The notes: a model not told the origin generated them from the letters alone. A stretch of DNA of 64,000 nucleotides from Candidatus Omnitrophota bacterium (GCA_016935525.1 JAFGQU010000007.1:9057-73056); one strand, 5' to 3'; numbered from the stretch's first letter, positions 1-9,263 are shown. Numbers and translations are program-made.

Positions 1-1
1 G

Positions 2-460
2 CGGCTTATGGCGCGGCTTATATATGAGAAGAAAGGTAAACTGAATTCGTTTCTCGATATCGGATGCGGGACCGGGATCCTTTCGATTATCGCCGGTAAA
101 CTGGGGGCCCGGAGTATCGCGGCGATCGATATCAACAGAAAAGCCGTCGCGACCGCGAAACGTAATTTTCAACTGAATAAAGTCCACCCCGGGTTGTTGA
201 AGGCAGGGGATATCCGGAATTTCGCGAAAAGAAAACGATTCGATTTTGTCGCCGCGAACATCATTACCGATGACCTTATCCGGATGAAAAAACAGATCGT
301 TTCTTTTGTCTCGCCCGGCGGGATACTCGCGGTATCCGGTATTTCCTGTATCCATCACGACCGGTTTTGTGAGGAGTTCGGTTCAAATAAACTGGTATTA
401 CTTAAAAGTATCCAGGATAAAGAATGGCTGGCGTTTCTCTATAAGAAAAAGAGGATATGA
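2..460 (+). CDS. prmA: ribosomal protein L11 methyltransferase-like (5' truncated by window edge)
   Basis: Class I SAM-MTase motif FLDIGCGTGILSI, DFVAANI, LAVSGI and C-terminal EW; the frame is open to the window start. Confidence 0.8.
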   Translation, partial: RLMARLIYEKKGKLNSFLDIGCGTGILSIIAGKLGARSIAAIDINRKAVATAKRNFQLNKVHPGLLKAGDIRNFAKRKRFDFVAANIITDDLIRMKKQIVSFVSPGGILAVSGISCIHHDRFCEEFGSNKLVLLKSIQDKEWLAFLYKKKRI

Positions 461-528
461 TATAATGTTGAGCACAAAGAGTGCATAAATGATAAACCCG
501 TCAATCGGCTTATGGTAACGATGCCCGC

Positions 529-568
529 CAGCCTGCCCCACGCTGTGCGGGGCTGACAAGCAGGCGGA
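529..568. repeat. REP-like palindromic element, copy 1
   Basis: cagcctgccccacgctgtgcggggctgacaagcaggcgga; 38/40 identical to 10210-10249. Confidence 0.75.
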
Positions 569-697
569 CGGGCTTCCCCGATAGGAATCGGGGCAGGCGT
601 GACTGATATCCGTAAGACGATATCTAAATTATGTGTATCGTGTGACTATAGAGTGTGCGGTTATTATCGGGGGATAAGATATGAGGAAAGAATTGTG

Positions 698-1462
698 ATG
701 TTTACGGCAAGTGTCCTTAGAAGTTCCGGTGACAATTATATATATGTGGTTTGTACCCAAAAGACCGCCTGCGTCATCGATCCGACCGAAAGCCAGCCGG
801 TCATAGACCTCTTAAACGAAAAGAAACTGGATCTTTCCAAGATACTTATTACCCATCACCACGCCGATCATACCGGAGGCATCCCGGAGCTGAAAGAGAA
901 ATATGATTGCGAGGTGATCTCATCCAACGAAGGGATAGAACAGACCGACCGTATCGTGGAAGATACCGATAAGATCCAGCTTGACGGGATAGAATTCCGG
1001 GTGGTCGCGACCCCCGGGCATACTAAACGGAGTATCTGTTTTTATATACCGCCGCAGGCGGAAAATTCGTTCGGGATGGTCTTTACCGGAGATACGTTAT
1101 TCATCGGCGGGTGCGGCCGGCCGATTGAATGTGATGCGGGCATCTTGTGGAGTTCATTACAAAAAATAGTCGCGTTAGGAGATACTATACTGGTATACTG
1201 CGGCCATGATTATACCGAAGAGAATTACCGGTTCGCGTTGACCGTCGATCCTTCCAACGACGCGTTTAGAAGACGGTTAGAAGAGGTCCAGGTCCTCAGC
1301 CATAAAGGGTTACCTACCGTCGGTAACCCGCTTAAGAATGAAAAACGGACGAACATCTTTTTACGGGCAAACGATCCTTATATAAAAAGATTGCTTAAGT
1401 TGGAAGGGGCCGAGGATGTTATCGTGTTTACCGAATTGAGACGAAGGAAGAATAATTTTTAG
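698..1462 (+). CDS. gloB: hydroxyacylglutathione hydrolase (glyoxalase II)
   Basis: THHHADHTGG metallo-beta-lactamase motif, TPGHT, FTGDTLFIGGCGR, GHDY; start moved from 599 to the ATG after a gagga RBS. Confidence 0.88.
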   Translation: MFTASVLRSSGDNYIYVVCTQKTACVIDPTESQPVIDLLNEKKLDLSKILITHHHADHTGGIPELKEKYDCEVISSNEGIEQTDRIVEDTDKIQLDGIEFRVVATPGHTKRSICFYIPPQAENSFGMVFTGDTLFIGGCGRPIECDAGILWSSLQKIVALGDTILVYCGHDYTEENYRFALTVDPSNDAFRRRLEEVQVLSHKGLPTVGNPLKNEKRTNIFLRANDPYIKRLLKLEGAEDVIVFTELRRRKNNF

Positions 1463-1465
1463 ACA

Positions 1466-1541
1466 GGTCACATAGACACAAAGTCACAAGGTCACACGTA
1501 AAGAAAGAATACATGTGACGTGTGTCGTGTGACATGTGACC
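1466..1541. repeat. inverted short-repeat array, GTCACA/TGTGAC family
   Basis: ggtcacat-agacacaa-agtcacaa-ggtcacac, an A-rich spacer, then atgtgac-gtgtgtc-gtgtgac-atgtgac. Confidence 0.85.
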
Positions 1542-1554
1542 TATTTTACAAGAT

Positions 1555-2547
1555 ATGCAGATAGGTAATTTGAGACTGACTCTACCCGCTCTTTTGGCCC
1601 CGATGTCGGGGATTACCTGTCTGCCTTACCGCATGCTTAACCGCGCGTTCGGGTGCGAATGCGCGTTCCTGGAAATGATCAACGCCCGGGCGCTCCATTA
1701 TTGTACAAAACGTACTCATCAACTGATGCCCACTCAAAAAGAAGACCGGCCCCTGGGGGTACAGCTGTTAGGGTGTGAACAACGATATGTATGTTATGCG
1801 ATCGAACGGTTACGTGAATACCAGTTCGATATTCTTGATCTTAACGCGGCCTGTCCCCGCAGGAAGATCGTTACTCGTGGAGAAGGCGCGGCATTATTGA
1901 AAGATCCCCAGAGGTTACGGGATCTGCTTAAAGTGATGGTAAATACATCAACCCAGCCGGTGACGGTAAAGATCCGTATCGGTTGGGATGACGCGAAATC
2001 GGCCCGGGATATCGCATTATACGCGCAGGATTCGGGGATTGCCGCACTTTTTGTCCATGGCCGGACTTGTACCCAGAGTTATAGCGGTACGGTAGATTAT
2101 GGTGCGATACGGGAGATCAAAAAGTCTCTTCATATCCCGGTAATCGGTAGCGGCGATATATTTTCCGTACCACAGGCAAAACGGATGATGGATGAGACCG
2201 GTGTCGACGGCGTATTGGTCGCGCGCGGGGCTCTGGGGAATCCCTGGATATTCGCACAGTTACGGGCATTTTTTAAAGGTGGCCTTACCATGGGGTATCC
2301 GGAGATCACTGAAGTCGTCTGTGTCATGAAAGACCATCTGGATGCTTTTATCGCTCTTTACGGTGAACGCCGCGGGATATTGAAATACCGTAAATTTCTT
2401 ATATGGTATACCCGGGGATTTTCCCGGGTAAAACAGATACGGCATCGGGCGCAACAGGTCAAGACCCAGGATGAAACCGTAGCGCTTATCGAAGAGTTCA
2501 AAGGATGCGCCCGGCGTTACCCGTCATGCGTAACGCGTCCTGCGTAA
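1555..2547 (+). CDS. dusB: tRNA-dihydrouridine synthase (DusB family)
   Basis: LAPMSG, LNAACP, VTVKIRIGWD, VHGRT, GSGDI, ARGALGNPWIF. Confidence 0.9.
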   Translation: MQIGNLRLTLPALLAPMSGITCLPYRMLNRAFGCECAFLEMINARALHYCTKRTHQLMPTQKEDRPLGVQLLGCEQRYVCYAIERLREYQFDILDLNAACPRRKIVTRGEGAALLKDPQRLRDLLKVMVNTSTQPVTVKIRIGWDDAKSARDIALYAQDSGIAALFVHGRTCTQSYSGTVDYGAIREIKKSLHIPVIGSGDIFSVPQAKRMMDETGVDGVLVARGALGNPWIFAQLRAFFKGGLTMGYPEITEVVCVMKDHLDAFIALYGERRGILKYRKFLIWYTRGFSRVKQIRHRAQQVKTQDETVALIEEFKGCARRYPSCVTRPA

Positions 2548-2573
2548 CGCGCGAACAGATTGGGAAAAAAAGA

Positions 2574-2604
2574 TTGACATATCGGGTAAAGAACGCACAA
2601 TAAT
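2574..2604 (+). promoter_or_regulatory. putative sigma70 promoter of the peptide/radical SAM unit
   Basis: TTGACA at 2574-2579; weak -10 (CACAAT) about 16 nt downstream. Confidence 0.4.
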
Positions 2605-2622
2605 ACTATAAGGAGAAAGGCT

Positions 2623-2706
2623 ATGAAAGCAAAAAAGATCAACAAATCCACTAGATCCAAGAAAAAACTTTCCCGGTATTGCCGTTCGGGAAGAGTTCTT
2701 TGGTAA
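2623..2706 (+). CDS. 27-aa putative RiPP precursor peptide MKAKKINKSTRSKKKLSRYCRSGRVLW
   Basis: AGGAG RBS at 2611-2615, ATG at 2623, TAA at 2704-2706; ends 87 nt upstream of the radical SAM/SPASM gene; followed by stem-loops. Confidence 0.75.
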   Translation: MKAKKINKSTRSKKKLSRYCRSGRVLW

Positions 2707-2793
2707 CCCGATTTCAGGTTACCCGCGTATACTTTATTTTTAAGTGAGTATACGTATATTTTCTCAAATTTCGAAATATCCGCTTCAAGTCCG

Positions 2794-4314
2794 ATGAATC
2801 CGCAGATAAACCTTACAGAAAAGGCTGTTCTTCCCGTATATCTTTTTACCCGGTTGGGAAAGTATATCGGTATTTCCACGTCTACCGGAGATTTTTACGA
2901 TCTTACTCCGCAGACCTACGCGGCATTGATGAAATGGAACGAAAAAATAAATTTAAAAGGTCCGGCCGTCACCGCCGATGACATTTCCGAATATGCGCGG
3001 GAATATTCTCTTCCCGAAGATATCTATCGGTTATTTCCCTTACCGCGAAAACAGCGGGCTTTTGAAGATCGCAATGCCCTTTCGGCGATCAGTGATATTA
3101 CTCTCAACTTGACTTCACAATGTTCTTTGCGGTGTGTGTATTGTTGGAACGATCAGGGTAAATATTCCAATACCGAGTTCCAACCCGATAGCGATACCCT
3201 GAAAAAACAGGAAGAGGTGAGTTCGGATATGTCGATAGAAACTGCCTGTCGTTCAGTAGATATGTTAGTAAAGTTATGTAAGGAGGATAAACAGCTGGTA
3301 GTCGATTTTTACGGCGGCGAACCGCTTGAGAATGTAGAGACTTTGGAAGCTACGGTCGATTATTGTCGCGAGAACGAAAAAAAATGGGGGGTGCGGTTTC
3401 ATTTCCTTCTTGCGACCAACGGCACTCTGCTGACGCCTTCGCTTGCAAAAAATCTTATTGATAAAGGAGTGCAGATCGCGGTAAGTGTCGATGGGCCGAA
3501 AGCAGTCCATGATAATAACCGTCCCTATGCCGATGGACGGGGCAGTTTTGAGAAGATCGCCGAGAATCTTAAAGGGATGGACGAGAACGTCAAAAAACGC
3601 CTGGTCGGCAGGACCACGGTCACGCCTTTTTTCAGTGATATGGTCGCTCTTTATAAAAATCTGCGTGATCTGGGATTTGAACGTATTGAGCTTTTTGAAA
3701 GTGAAGACGCCTGTCATAAGATCACTCCGCAAAGAGAGGCGATGTTTTTTAATACCGACAGCCAGTATGAGACGTTATTTAAAGAATACGAACGGTTAGC
3801 GTATCTGTATGTTGACGAGATCGTAAGCGGCCAGCTGGATTACCGTAAAACTTTTTTCAACCGTTTTTTTAAATTAATGCAACGACTTTATTATAACCAT
3901 GAAGTGAGCGGGGGGTGTCCTGCGGCAAAAGGGCAGATAGCCGTTTCCGGTGACGGGAACATCTATCCTTGTACTTCGTTTTTGGGGATCGAACAGTTCT
4001 GTCTGGGAAATGTCCATACCGGTCTCGATGAGCAGAAATACCGGCGGTTCATTGAGATGATAAATAACCGTTTCGATATGTGCAGTACGTGTGAAATATT
4101 CAGCGTGTGCCGGACCACCGGTTCCTGCCTGAACATGAATTACTATTTTAACGGCGATCCCGCCCGGTCTCATGAGCGCAGTTGCGATCTTTTCGCCGAA
4201 AAGCTCAAATTGGCAATAGCGACTCTGGCGATACTTTCCGATAAGATCCCCGATAAGCTTGACGAACTTTTCGGCCATGATCCGGTCGGCCGCCGGGGGA
4301 ACGAACTCTATTGA
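2794..4314 (+). CDS. radical SAM/SPASM peptide maturase with N-terminal RRE-like extension
   Basis: CSLRCVYC (CxxxCxxC), FYGGEP, ATNGTL, SVDG; SPASM cysteines CPAAKG...GNIYPC...CSTCEIFSVCRTTGSC...SC; about 90-aa N-terminal extension. Confidence 0.9.
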   Translation: MNPQINLTEKAVLPVYLFTRLGKYIGISTSTGDFYDLTPQTYAALMKWNEKINLKGPAVTADDISEYAREYSLPEDIYRLFPLPRKQRAFEDRNALSAISDITLNLTSQCSLRCVYCWNDQGKYSNTEFQPDSDTLKKQEEVSSDMSIETACRSVDMLVKLCKEDKQLVVDFYGGEPLENVETLEATVDYCRENEKKWGVRFHFLLATNGTLLTPSLAKNLIDKGVQIAVSVDGPKAVHDNNRPYADGRGSFEKIAENLKGMDENVKKRLVGRTTVTPFFSDMVALYKNLRDLGFERIELFESEDACHKITPQREAMFFNTDSQYETLFKEYERLAYLYVDEIVSGQLDYRKTFFNRFFKLMQRLYYNHEVSGGCPAAKGQIAVSGDGNIYPCTSFLGIEQFCLGNVHTGLDEQKYRRFIEMINNRFDMCSTCEIFSVCRTTGSCLNMNYYFNGDPARSHERSCDLFAEKLKLAIATLAILSDKIPDKLDELFGHDPVGRRGNELY

Positions 4315-4369
4315 TTCTGCCTCTTCGATGTGATTCCTGCCTTTTTCTGTGATATAATACTCCAACAAC

Positions 4370-4448
4370 GGTTTGCGCGTTCGCCCGTACTCGCGTTTCC
4401 CGCCATAGGCGGGATTCCCGTTAGAAAAGAACGGGTACACGGGCCAAC
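4370..4448. repeat. inverted repeat array, CCCGT/ACGGG family, copy 1
   Basis: gcgcgttcgcccgtactcgcg...aacgggtacacgggc; 18 nt identical to 30825-30842. Confidence 0.7.
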
Positions 4449-5087
4449 TTGATAATTCATACGATGATACATGTCGAGTTTTTTGATTTAATAACTATTG
4501 AAATCCCTTATCCGAAAGTATATTCCCGTCTGGGATACGCCAAAGGTACGACTACGCTTACTTCCCGGCAAAAAGCCGATATCGAAAAGAATATAGATGA
4601 AGCGTCCGGCTATATTACGTTGAAAGGGGCCGGATGCCGTCTGGCGATCGAGCGAAAAGAAGAACACAAGGTCGTCCTTTCCGGGGCGATTGAATTTAAC
4701 AGCCAGGCTATCAGCCGGTTTTTACATGATTCTCAGGAAGTGTTGTTTATGGGGGCGACGGCCGGAGCTGATATTATAAATAAAATCAAAGAACAGGCGG
4801 CTCATGATAATGTGACTGCGGCGGTCGTGTTTGATGCTCTGGCAAGCGAGATGGTCGATGAAGCGCTTTCCTGGATCATGGAGTTTTTTGATTACCAGGT
4901 ACGCCGGGAAAACAAACAACTTACCCCTGGCCGCTACTCAGCCGGTTACAATGATTTTTCACTGGACAATCAAAAAATTATGTGTGAAACTTTACAGATG
5001 AGTGAGTTAGGCGTGAAATTGAACGACCATTATATCCTTATTCCGGAAAAATCGGTGACGGCGATTGCGGGAATACAACCAATATAA
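4449..5087 (+). CDS. stand-alone cobalamin-dependent methionine synthase reactivation domain
   Basis: RYSAGYNDF...LIPEKSVTAIAG motif; lies directly upstream of a metH that lacks this domain; exact start uncertain. Confidence 0.8.
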   Translation: MIIHTMIHVEFFDLITIEIPYPKVYSRLGYAKGTTTLTSRQKADIEKNIDEASGYITLKGAGCRLAIERKEEHKVVLSGAIEFNSQAISRFLHDSQEVLFMGATAGADIINKIKEQAAHDNVTAAVVFDALASEMVDEALSWIMEFFDYQVRRENKQLTPGRYSAGYNDFSLDNQKIMCETLQMSELGVKLNDHYILIPEKSVTAIAGIQPI

Positions 5088-5182
5088 GTCACATAGACAC
5101 ACGTCACACGACACACGTTTTTTTCTTTCACTTGTGACTATGTGACTTTGTGACCAGCTTGTCGATAGACAAGCGTGTGACC
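5087..5182. repeat. inverted short-repeat array, GTCACA/TGTGAC family
   Basis: agtcacatagacacacgtcacacgacacacg, a T-rich spacer, then ttgtgactatgtgactttgtgacc[gcttgtcgatagacaagc]gtgtgacc. Confidence 0.85.
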
Positions 5183-5189
5183 TTTTGAT

Positions 5190-7592
5190 ATGAAGTTAAC
5201 ATCGTTATTGAACACACGTATCGTTATCCTCGACGGCGCGACCGGAACAGAACTCCAGAAGTCGGGTATGCCTCAAGGGGTGGCTCCCGAGAAGTGGGTA
5301 TTAGAAAATCCCCGGATCCTTACCCGGGTGGCCTGCGACTACCGTGATGCCGGTAGTGACATCGTCTATACCTGCACGTTCGGTGCGAACCGTTATAAAC
5401 TCGCCCAGTATAAGATCAGTGATGTGCAAAAGATCAATACCCGGATCGCCCGGATCACCCGCCGGGCTTTAGGAAAAAACACCCTTATTGCCGGGGATAT
5501 CGGCCCGACCGGTAAATTTATCGAACCGTTTGGTCCGGTTCCTTTTGATGAAGCGGTTGCCGCCTTTAAAGAACAGATAAAAGGGCTGGTTGCCGGCGGA
5601 GTAGATCTTTTGGTGATCGAGACCATGATGGATATTCAGGAAGCCCGCGCCGCTCTGATTGCGGCAAGAGAAGTAACCAATATGTTCACCATGGTTACGA
5701 TGACCTATGAACGTGACGGCCGTACGCTCAACGGGACCGATCCGGTTACGGCCCTGGTGACCTTGCAGAGTCTGGGGGCACATGCCGTAGGCTGTAATTG
5801 TTCTACGGGGCCCGGTGATATGGTGCGGTTTATCGCACAGATGAAACCGTACGCGCGCGTACCGCTTCTTGCCAAACCGAACGCGGGAATGCCGCGCCTG
5901 CAAAAAGGAAAAACTGTCTTTGACATGAGCCCGAAAGAATTTTCCGGTTATGCCGGTGAATTTGCAAAGGCCGGTATAAACTTGATGGGAGGATGTTGCG
6001 GGACTTCTCCGGAATATATCCGGGAACTGAAAAAGCAGTTACGTAACAAAAAACCGCAAACCCCGCGCCGGTTTTTTTTAAGCGCATTAAGTTCTTCACG
6101 GACGCACGTGATCATTGAAAAAGATTCCCCGTTGATCATCATCGGTGAATGTATTAATCCTACCGGTAAGAAGTCATTACAGAAAGAGTTACGTGAAAAA
6201 AAGACGGCTCTCCTGCGTCAGTTAGCATCGGAGCAGGTCCGCCACGGCGCGGACATGCTGGATGTAAACGTCGGCGCCTCCGGTGTCGATGAGGCCGAGA
6301 TGTTAAAAGAAGCGATAAAGGTCCTTGCGGTAAATACTACCGTACCGCTTGTCATCGATTCTTCGGATATCCGGGCAATAGCGGATGCTCTTAAACTTTA
6401 TCCGGGCCGGGCGCTTGTAAATTCGATTTCGGGAGAAAAAGCGAAACTGAAAAAGATGTTGCCGCTCATCAAAAAATACGGAGCGATGGCTATCGTTTTG
6501 CCGCTTACCGATAAAGGGGTCCCTCATACTTGTCTTAAACGTAAAAAGGCCGTCAATGAGATCTACCGGAAGGTGAAAAGAGCCGGCCTAGCTAAAGAAG
6601 ATATTGTCGTTGATGCCCTGGCTTTGACCGTATCTTCGGACCGGCAGGCGCCCGGGGAGACGCTTAACACGATCCGATGGTGTCATGATGAATTTGATGC
6701 CGCGACAGTCGTTGGCCTTTCTAATATTTCTTTCGGATTACCGAGAAGGTCTCAACTGAATTCGGCGTTTTTGGCAATGGCTTCTTCCTGCGGGTTGACT
6801 ATGGCGATAGCCAATCCTTTATCGGAAGGGCTGATGCACATGCGGCACTCATCGGATGTGCTTACCGGTAAAGATGATAAAGCCGTCCGGTTTATCCGGT
6901 ATGTTCAGGAGGAATCCGGGGGTACCTCCAGTAAATCTGCTGCGTTACCGGCGAGTCCCCAGGAACGGGTCTATACGGCGATCCTTGAAGGGAACCGCCA
7001 GGAGATAGAGCAGTATATCGGTGAGGCGCTTAAGGGCGGGATTGATGCCGAAAAAATCATGCAAGAGGGGATGGTCACCGCGATCAATACTGTGGGAGAA
7101 TTGTTTGATAAAAAAGAATATTTTCTCCCTCAACTTATTGCTTCGGCAGAAACGATGAAACAGGGGTTCGAGTTTTTGAAACCGCATTTAAAAAATACTC
7201 AAGGCCATCGCGAAAAGAGAAACGTGATCATGCTGGCAACGGTAAAAGGCGATATCCATGATATAGGTAAGAATATCGTCGCGCTTATGCTTGAGAATCA
7301 CGGGTTTCATGTCATAGATCTAGGAAAAGATGTTTCGGTCGAGAAGATCATCAATGAGATCAAAAAACATAAATCGCCGCTTATCGGGCTTTCGGCATTG
7401 ATGACGACGACTATGGTGAATATGCAGGATGTGGTCGATGCCGTACGGAAAGAAAGCTTAGATTGCCGGTTCATTGTAGGGGGGGCCGTGATTACCAAAT
7501 CGTTCGCCCATTCCCTTGGTGCTGAATATGCTGCCGACGGGGTGGCCGCGGTCAGGGTAGCTAAGAGTTTAAGTGCCAGAAAAACAGAATAA
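5190..7592 (+). CDS. metH: B12-dependent methionine synthase (Hcy-binding, pterin-binding and cobalamin-binding domains)
   Basis: ILDGATGT, GCNCS, GGCCGT, IGECINPTG, GDIHDIGKNIV; no C-terminal activation domain. Confidence 0.92.
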   Translation: MKLTSLLNTRIVILDGATGTELQKSGMPQGVAPEKWVLENPRILTRVACDYRDAGSDIVYTCTFGANRYKLAQYKISDVQKINTRIARITRRALGKNTLIAGDIGPTGKFIEPFGPVPFDEAVAAFKEQIKGLVAGGVDLLVIETMMDIQEARAALIAAREVTNMFTMVTMTYERDGRTLNGTDPVTALVTLQSLGAHAVGCNCSTGPGDMVRFIAQMKPYARVPLLAKPNAGMPRLQKGKTVFDMSPKEFSGYAGEFAKAGINLMGGCCGTSPEYIRELKKQLRNKKPQTPRRFFLSALSSSRTHVIIEKDSPLIIIGECINPTGKKSLQKELREKKTALLRQLASEQVRHGADMLDVNVGASGVDEAEMLKEAIKVLAVNTTVPLVIDSSDIRAIADALKLYPGRALVNSISGEKAKLKKMLPLIKKYGAMAIVLPLTDKGVPHTCLKRKKAVNEIYRKVKRAGLAKEDIVVDALALTVSSDRQAPGETLNTIRWCHDEFDAATVVGLSNISFGLPRRSQLNSAFLAMASSCGLTMAIANPLSEGLMHMRHSSDVLTGKDDKAVRFIRYVQEESGGTSSKSAALPASPQERVYTAILEGNRQEIEQYIGEALKGGIDAEKIMQEGMVTAINTVGELFDKKEYFLPQLIASAETMKQGFEFLKPHLKNTQGHREKRNVIMLATVKGDIHDIGKNIVALMLENHGFHVIDLGKDVSVEKIINEIKKHKSPLIGLSALMTTTMVNMQDVVDAVRKESLDCRFIVGGAVITKSFAHSLGAEYAADGVAAVRVAKSLSARKTE

Positions 7593-7602
7593 AGGTGGGA
7601 TC

Positions 7603-8007
7603 GTGAGTAAAAAGATATTAGTCGTTGAAGATGAAGACAGTATCCGTAACGTACTTGAGGTAAGATTGAAAAATTGCGGATTTGAAGTGGTGACTGCGGC
7701 TGACGGAGAAGACGGGTTGAATAAAGCCCGGGCCGAAAAACCGGACCTGATGATCCTTGATCTGGGGCTGCCTAAATTGCCGGGTGAAGAGGTCTGCCGC
7801 CAGTTACGTAATGAAGAAAATAATGTACCGATCATCATGCTTACCGCTAAGACCGAAGATGTCGACCGGGTAGTCGGTAAGGTCCTGGGGGCAAACTATT
7901 ATATGACAAAACCTTTTGAATGGACCGAACTTCTAAAGAAAATATATAAATATTTGGATATGGAAGAACAAGCTGAATCCGGCCCGGCACCTTCACCAGA
8001 GGCTTAA
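7603..8007 (+). CDS. single-domain response regulator receiver
   Basis: ILVVEDE, PDLMILDLGLP, IMLTAK, YMTKPF; GTG start after aaaggtggg. Confidence 0.88.
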   Translation: MSKKILVVEDEDSIRNVLEVRLKNCGFEVVTAADGEDGLNKARAEKPDLMILDLGLPKLPGEEVCRQLRNEENNVPIIMLTAKTEDVDRVVGKVLGANYYMTKPFEWTELLKKIYKYLDMEEQAESGPAPSPEA

Positions 8008-8012
8008 TCTTT

Positions 8013-9263
8013 ATGAATATGTATCTGGTCGTTATACTTAGTATTCTCATTGTGCATTATGGTCTTGATCTGATCGTCGAGATTTTAAATGTCCGGCATG
8101 TTTGTCTGGATGTCCCCCAGGAATTCAGAGGGTATTATGATGATGAGAAATATCGTCGTTCTCAGAAGTATCTGAAAGATCGTACGGTATTTTCCTTAGT
8201 GAGCAGCGGATTTTTTCTGGCGGTGACCATAGCGTTTATTCTTACAGGAGGATTTAACTGGATTGATCAGTGGGCCCGCGGTTTCGGACAGGGATCGATT
8301 GTGACTGGGCTTATTTTTGCCGCTGCTCTCTTTTTAGGGTTACGTATCCTTCATATTCCGTTTTCTCTCTACAGTACGTTTGTCATTGAAGAAAAATACG
8401 GGTTCAACCGTACGACAGCGAAAACTTTCGTGACCGATTTCATTAAAGATATCCTGCTTACCGCGGTTTTTGGTTCAGCGGTATTCATCGCAGTCGTCTG
8501 GTTCTTTGAAAGCACCGGACGGTGGGGCTGGCTTTATTGCTGGGGGTTTCTGGTCTTGTATGAGTTGTTTTACTATTTTATTTATCCGGTAGCGATATTA
8601 CCTTTATTTAACAAATTCATTCCGCTGGAAGAAGGAGAATTAAAGACTCAGATCGAAGAATACGCTCGTGACCAGCGGTTCGCTTTAGCCGGTATTTTTA
8701 CCATGGATGGGTCGCGCCGTTCGGCAAAAAGCAACGCGTTTTTCACGGGTTTTGGAAAATTCCGACGCATCGCTTTATTCGATACCCTGATCAAACAGCA
8801 TACGACTGAAGAACTTGTCTCGGTGTTAGCCCATGAGATCGGACATTACAAGAAAAAGCATATTTTAAAACACATCGGGCTATCGATTCTTTCGATGGGA
8901 TTGATGCTTTATGTCTTGTCTTTTTTGATAAATAATCCCGGACTTTTTTCCGCTTTCGCTATGGAACAATTTTCGGTGTATGCCAGTTTGTTTTTCTTCG
9001 GATTTTTGTATGCTCCGATCAGTTTTGTCCTGGGGATTATGACGATGGCGATTTCCCGGCGTCACGAATACCAGGCTGACCGATTCGCCGTGATGACCTA
9101 CAAAAAACCTCAGGCGATGATCGATGCGCTAAAAAAACTCACGGTCGATAACCTTTCGAACCTTACTCCGCATCCGGCGAAAGTATTTTTGGAATACAGC
9201 CATCCGCCGGTGCTGAAGAGGATAGAAGCAATAAAAAATATAAATATAGGAGAAATACAGTAG
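8013..9263 (+). CDS. M48 family (Ste24-like) membrane zinc metalloprotease
   Basis: AHEIGH, DGSRRSAKSNAFFTG, HEYQAD, YSHPP; several TM segments. Confidence 0.92.
   Translation: MNMYLVVILSILIVHYGLDLIVEILNVRHVCLDVPQEFRGYYDDEKYRRSQKYLKDRTVFSLVSSGFFLAVTIAFILTGGFNWIDQWARGFGQGSIVTGLIFAAALFLGLRILHIPFSLYSTFVIEEKYGFNRTTAKTFVTDFIKDILLTAVFGSAVFIAVVWFFESTGRWGWLYCWGFLVLYELFYYFIYPVAILPLFNKFIPLEEGELKTQIEEYARDQRFALAGIFTMDGSRRSAKSNAFFTGFGKFRRIALFDTLIKQHTTEELVSVLAHEIGHYKKKHILKHIGLSILSMGLMLYVLSFLINNPGLFSAFAMEQFSVYASLFFFGFLYAPISFVLGIMTMAISRRHEYQADRFAVMTYKKPQAMIDALKKLTVDNLSNLTPHPAKVFLEYSHPPVLKRIEAIKNINIGEIQ

Noticed and set aside
1466-1541. Short-repeat arrays as CRISPR
   Set aside because: Units are 7-9 nt, degenerate and inverted, with no 23-47-nt direct repeats, no unique spacers and no cas genes
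2517-2879. 120-aa minus-strand ORF
   Set aside because: Antisense to the dusB end, the peptide gene and the rSAM start; no recognisable motif; the plus-strand small ORF has the RBS and the context
8013-9263. M48 protease as the RiPP leader peptidase
   Set aside because: Separated from the rSAM gene by three unrelated genes and belongs to a widespread housekeeping family; there is no evidence of linkage
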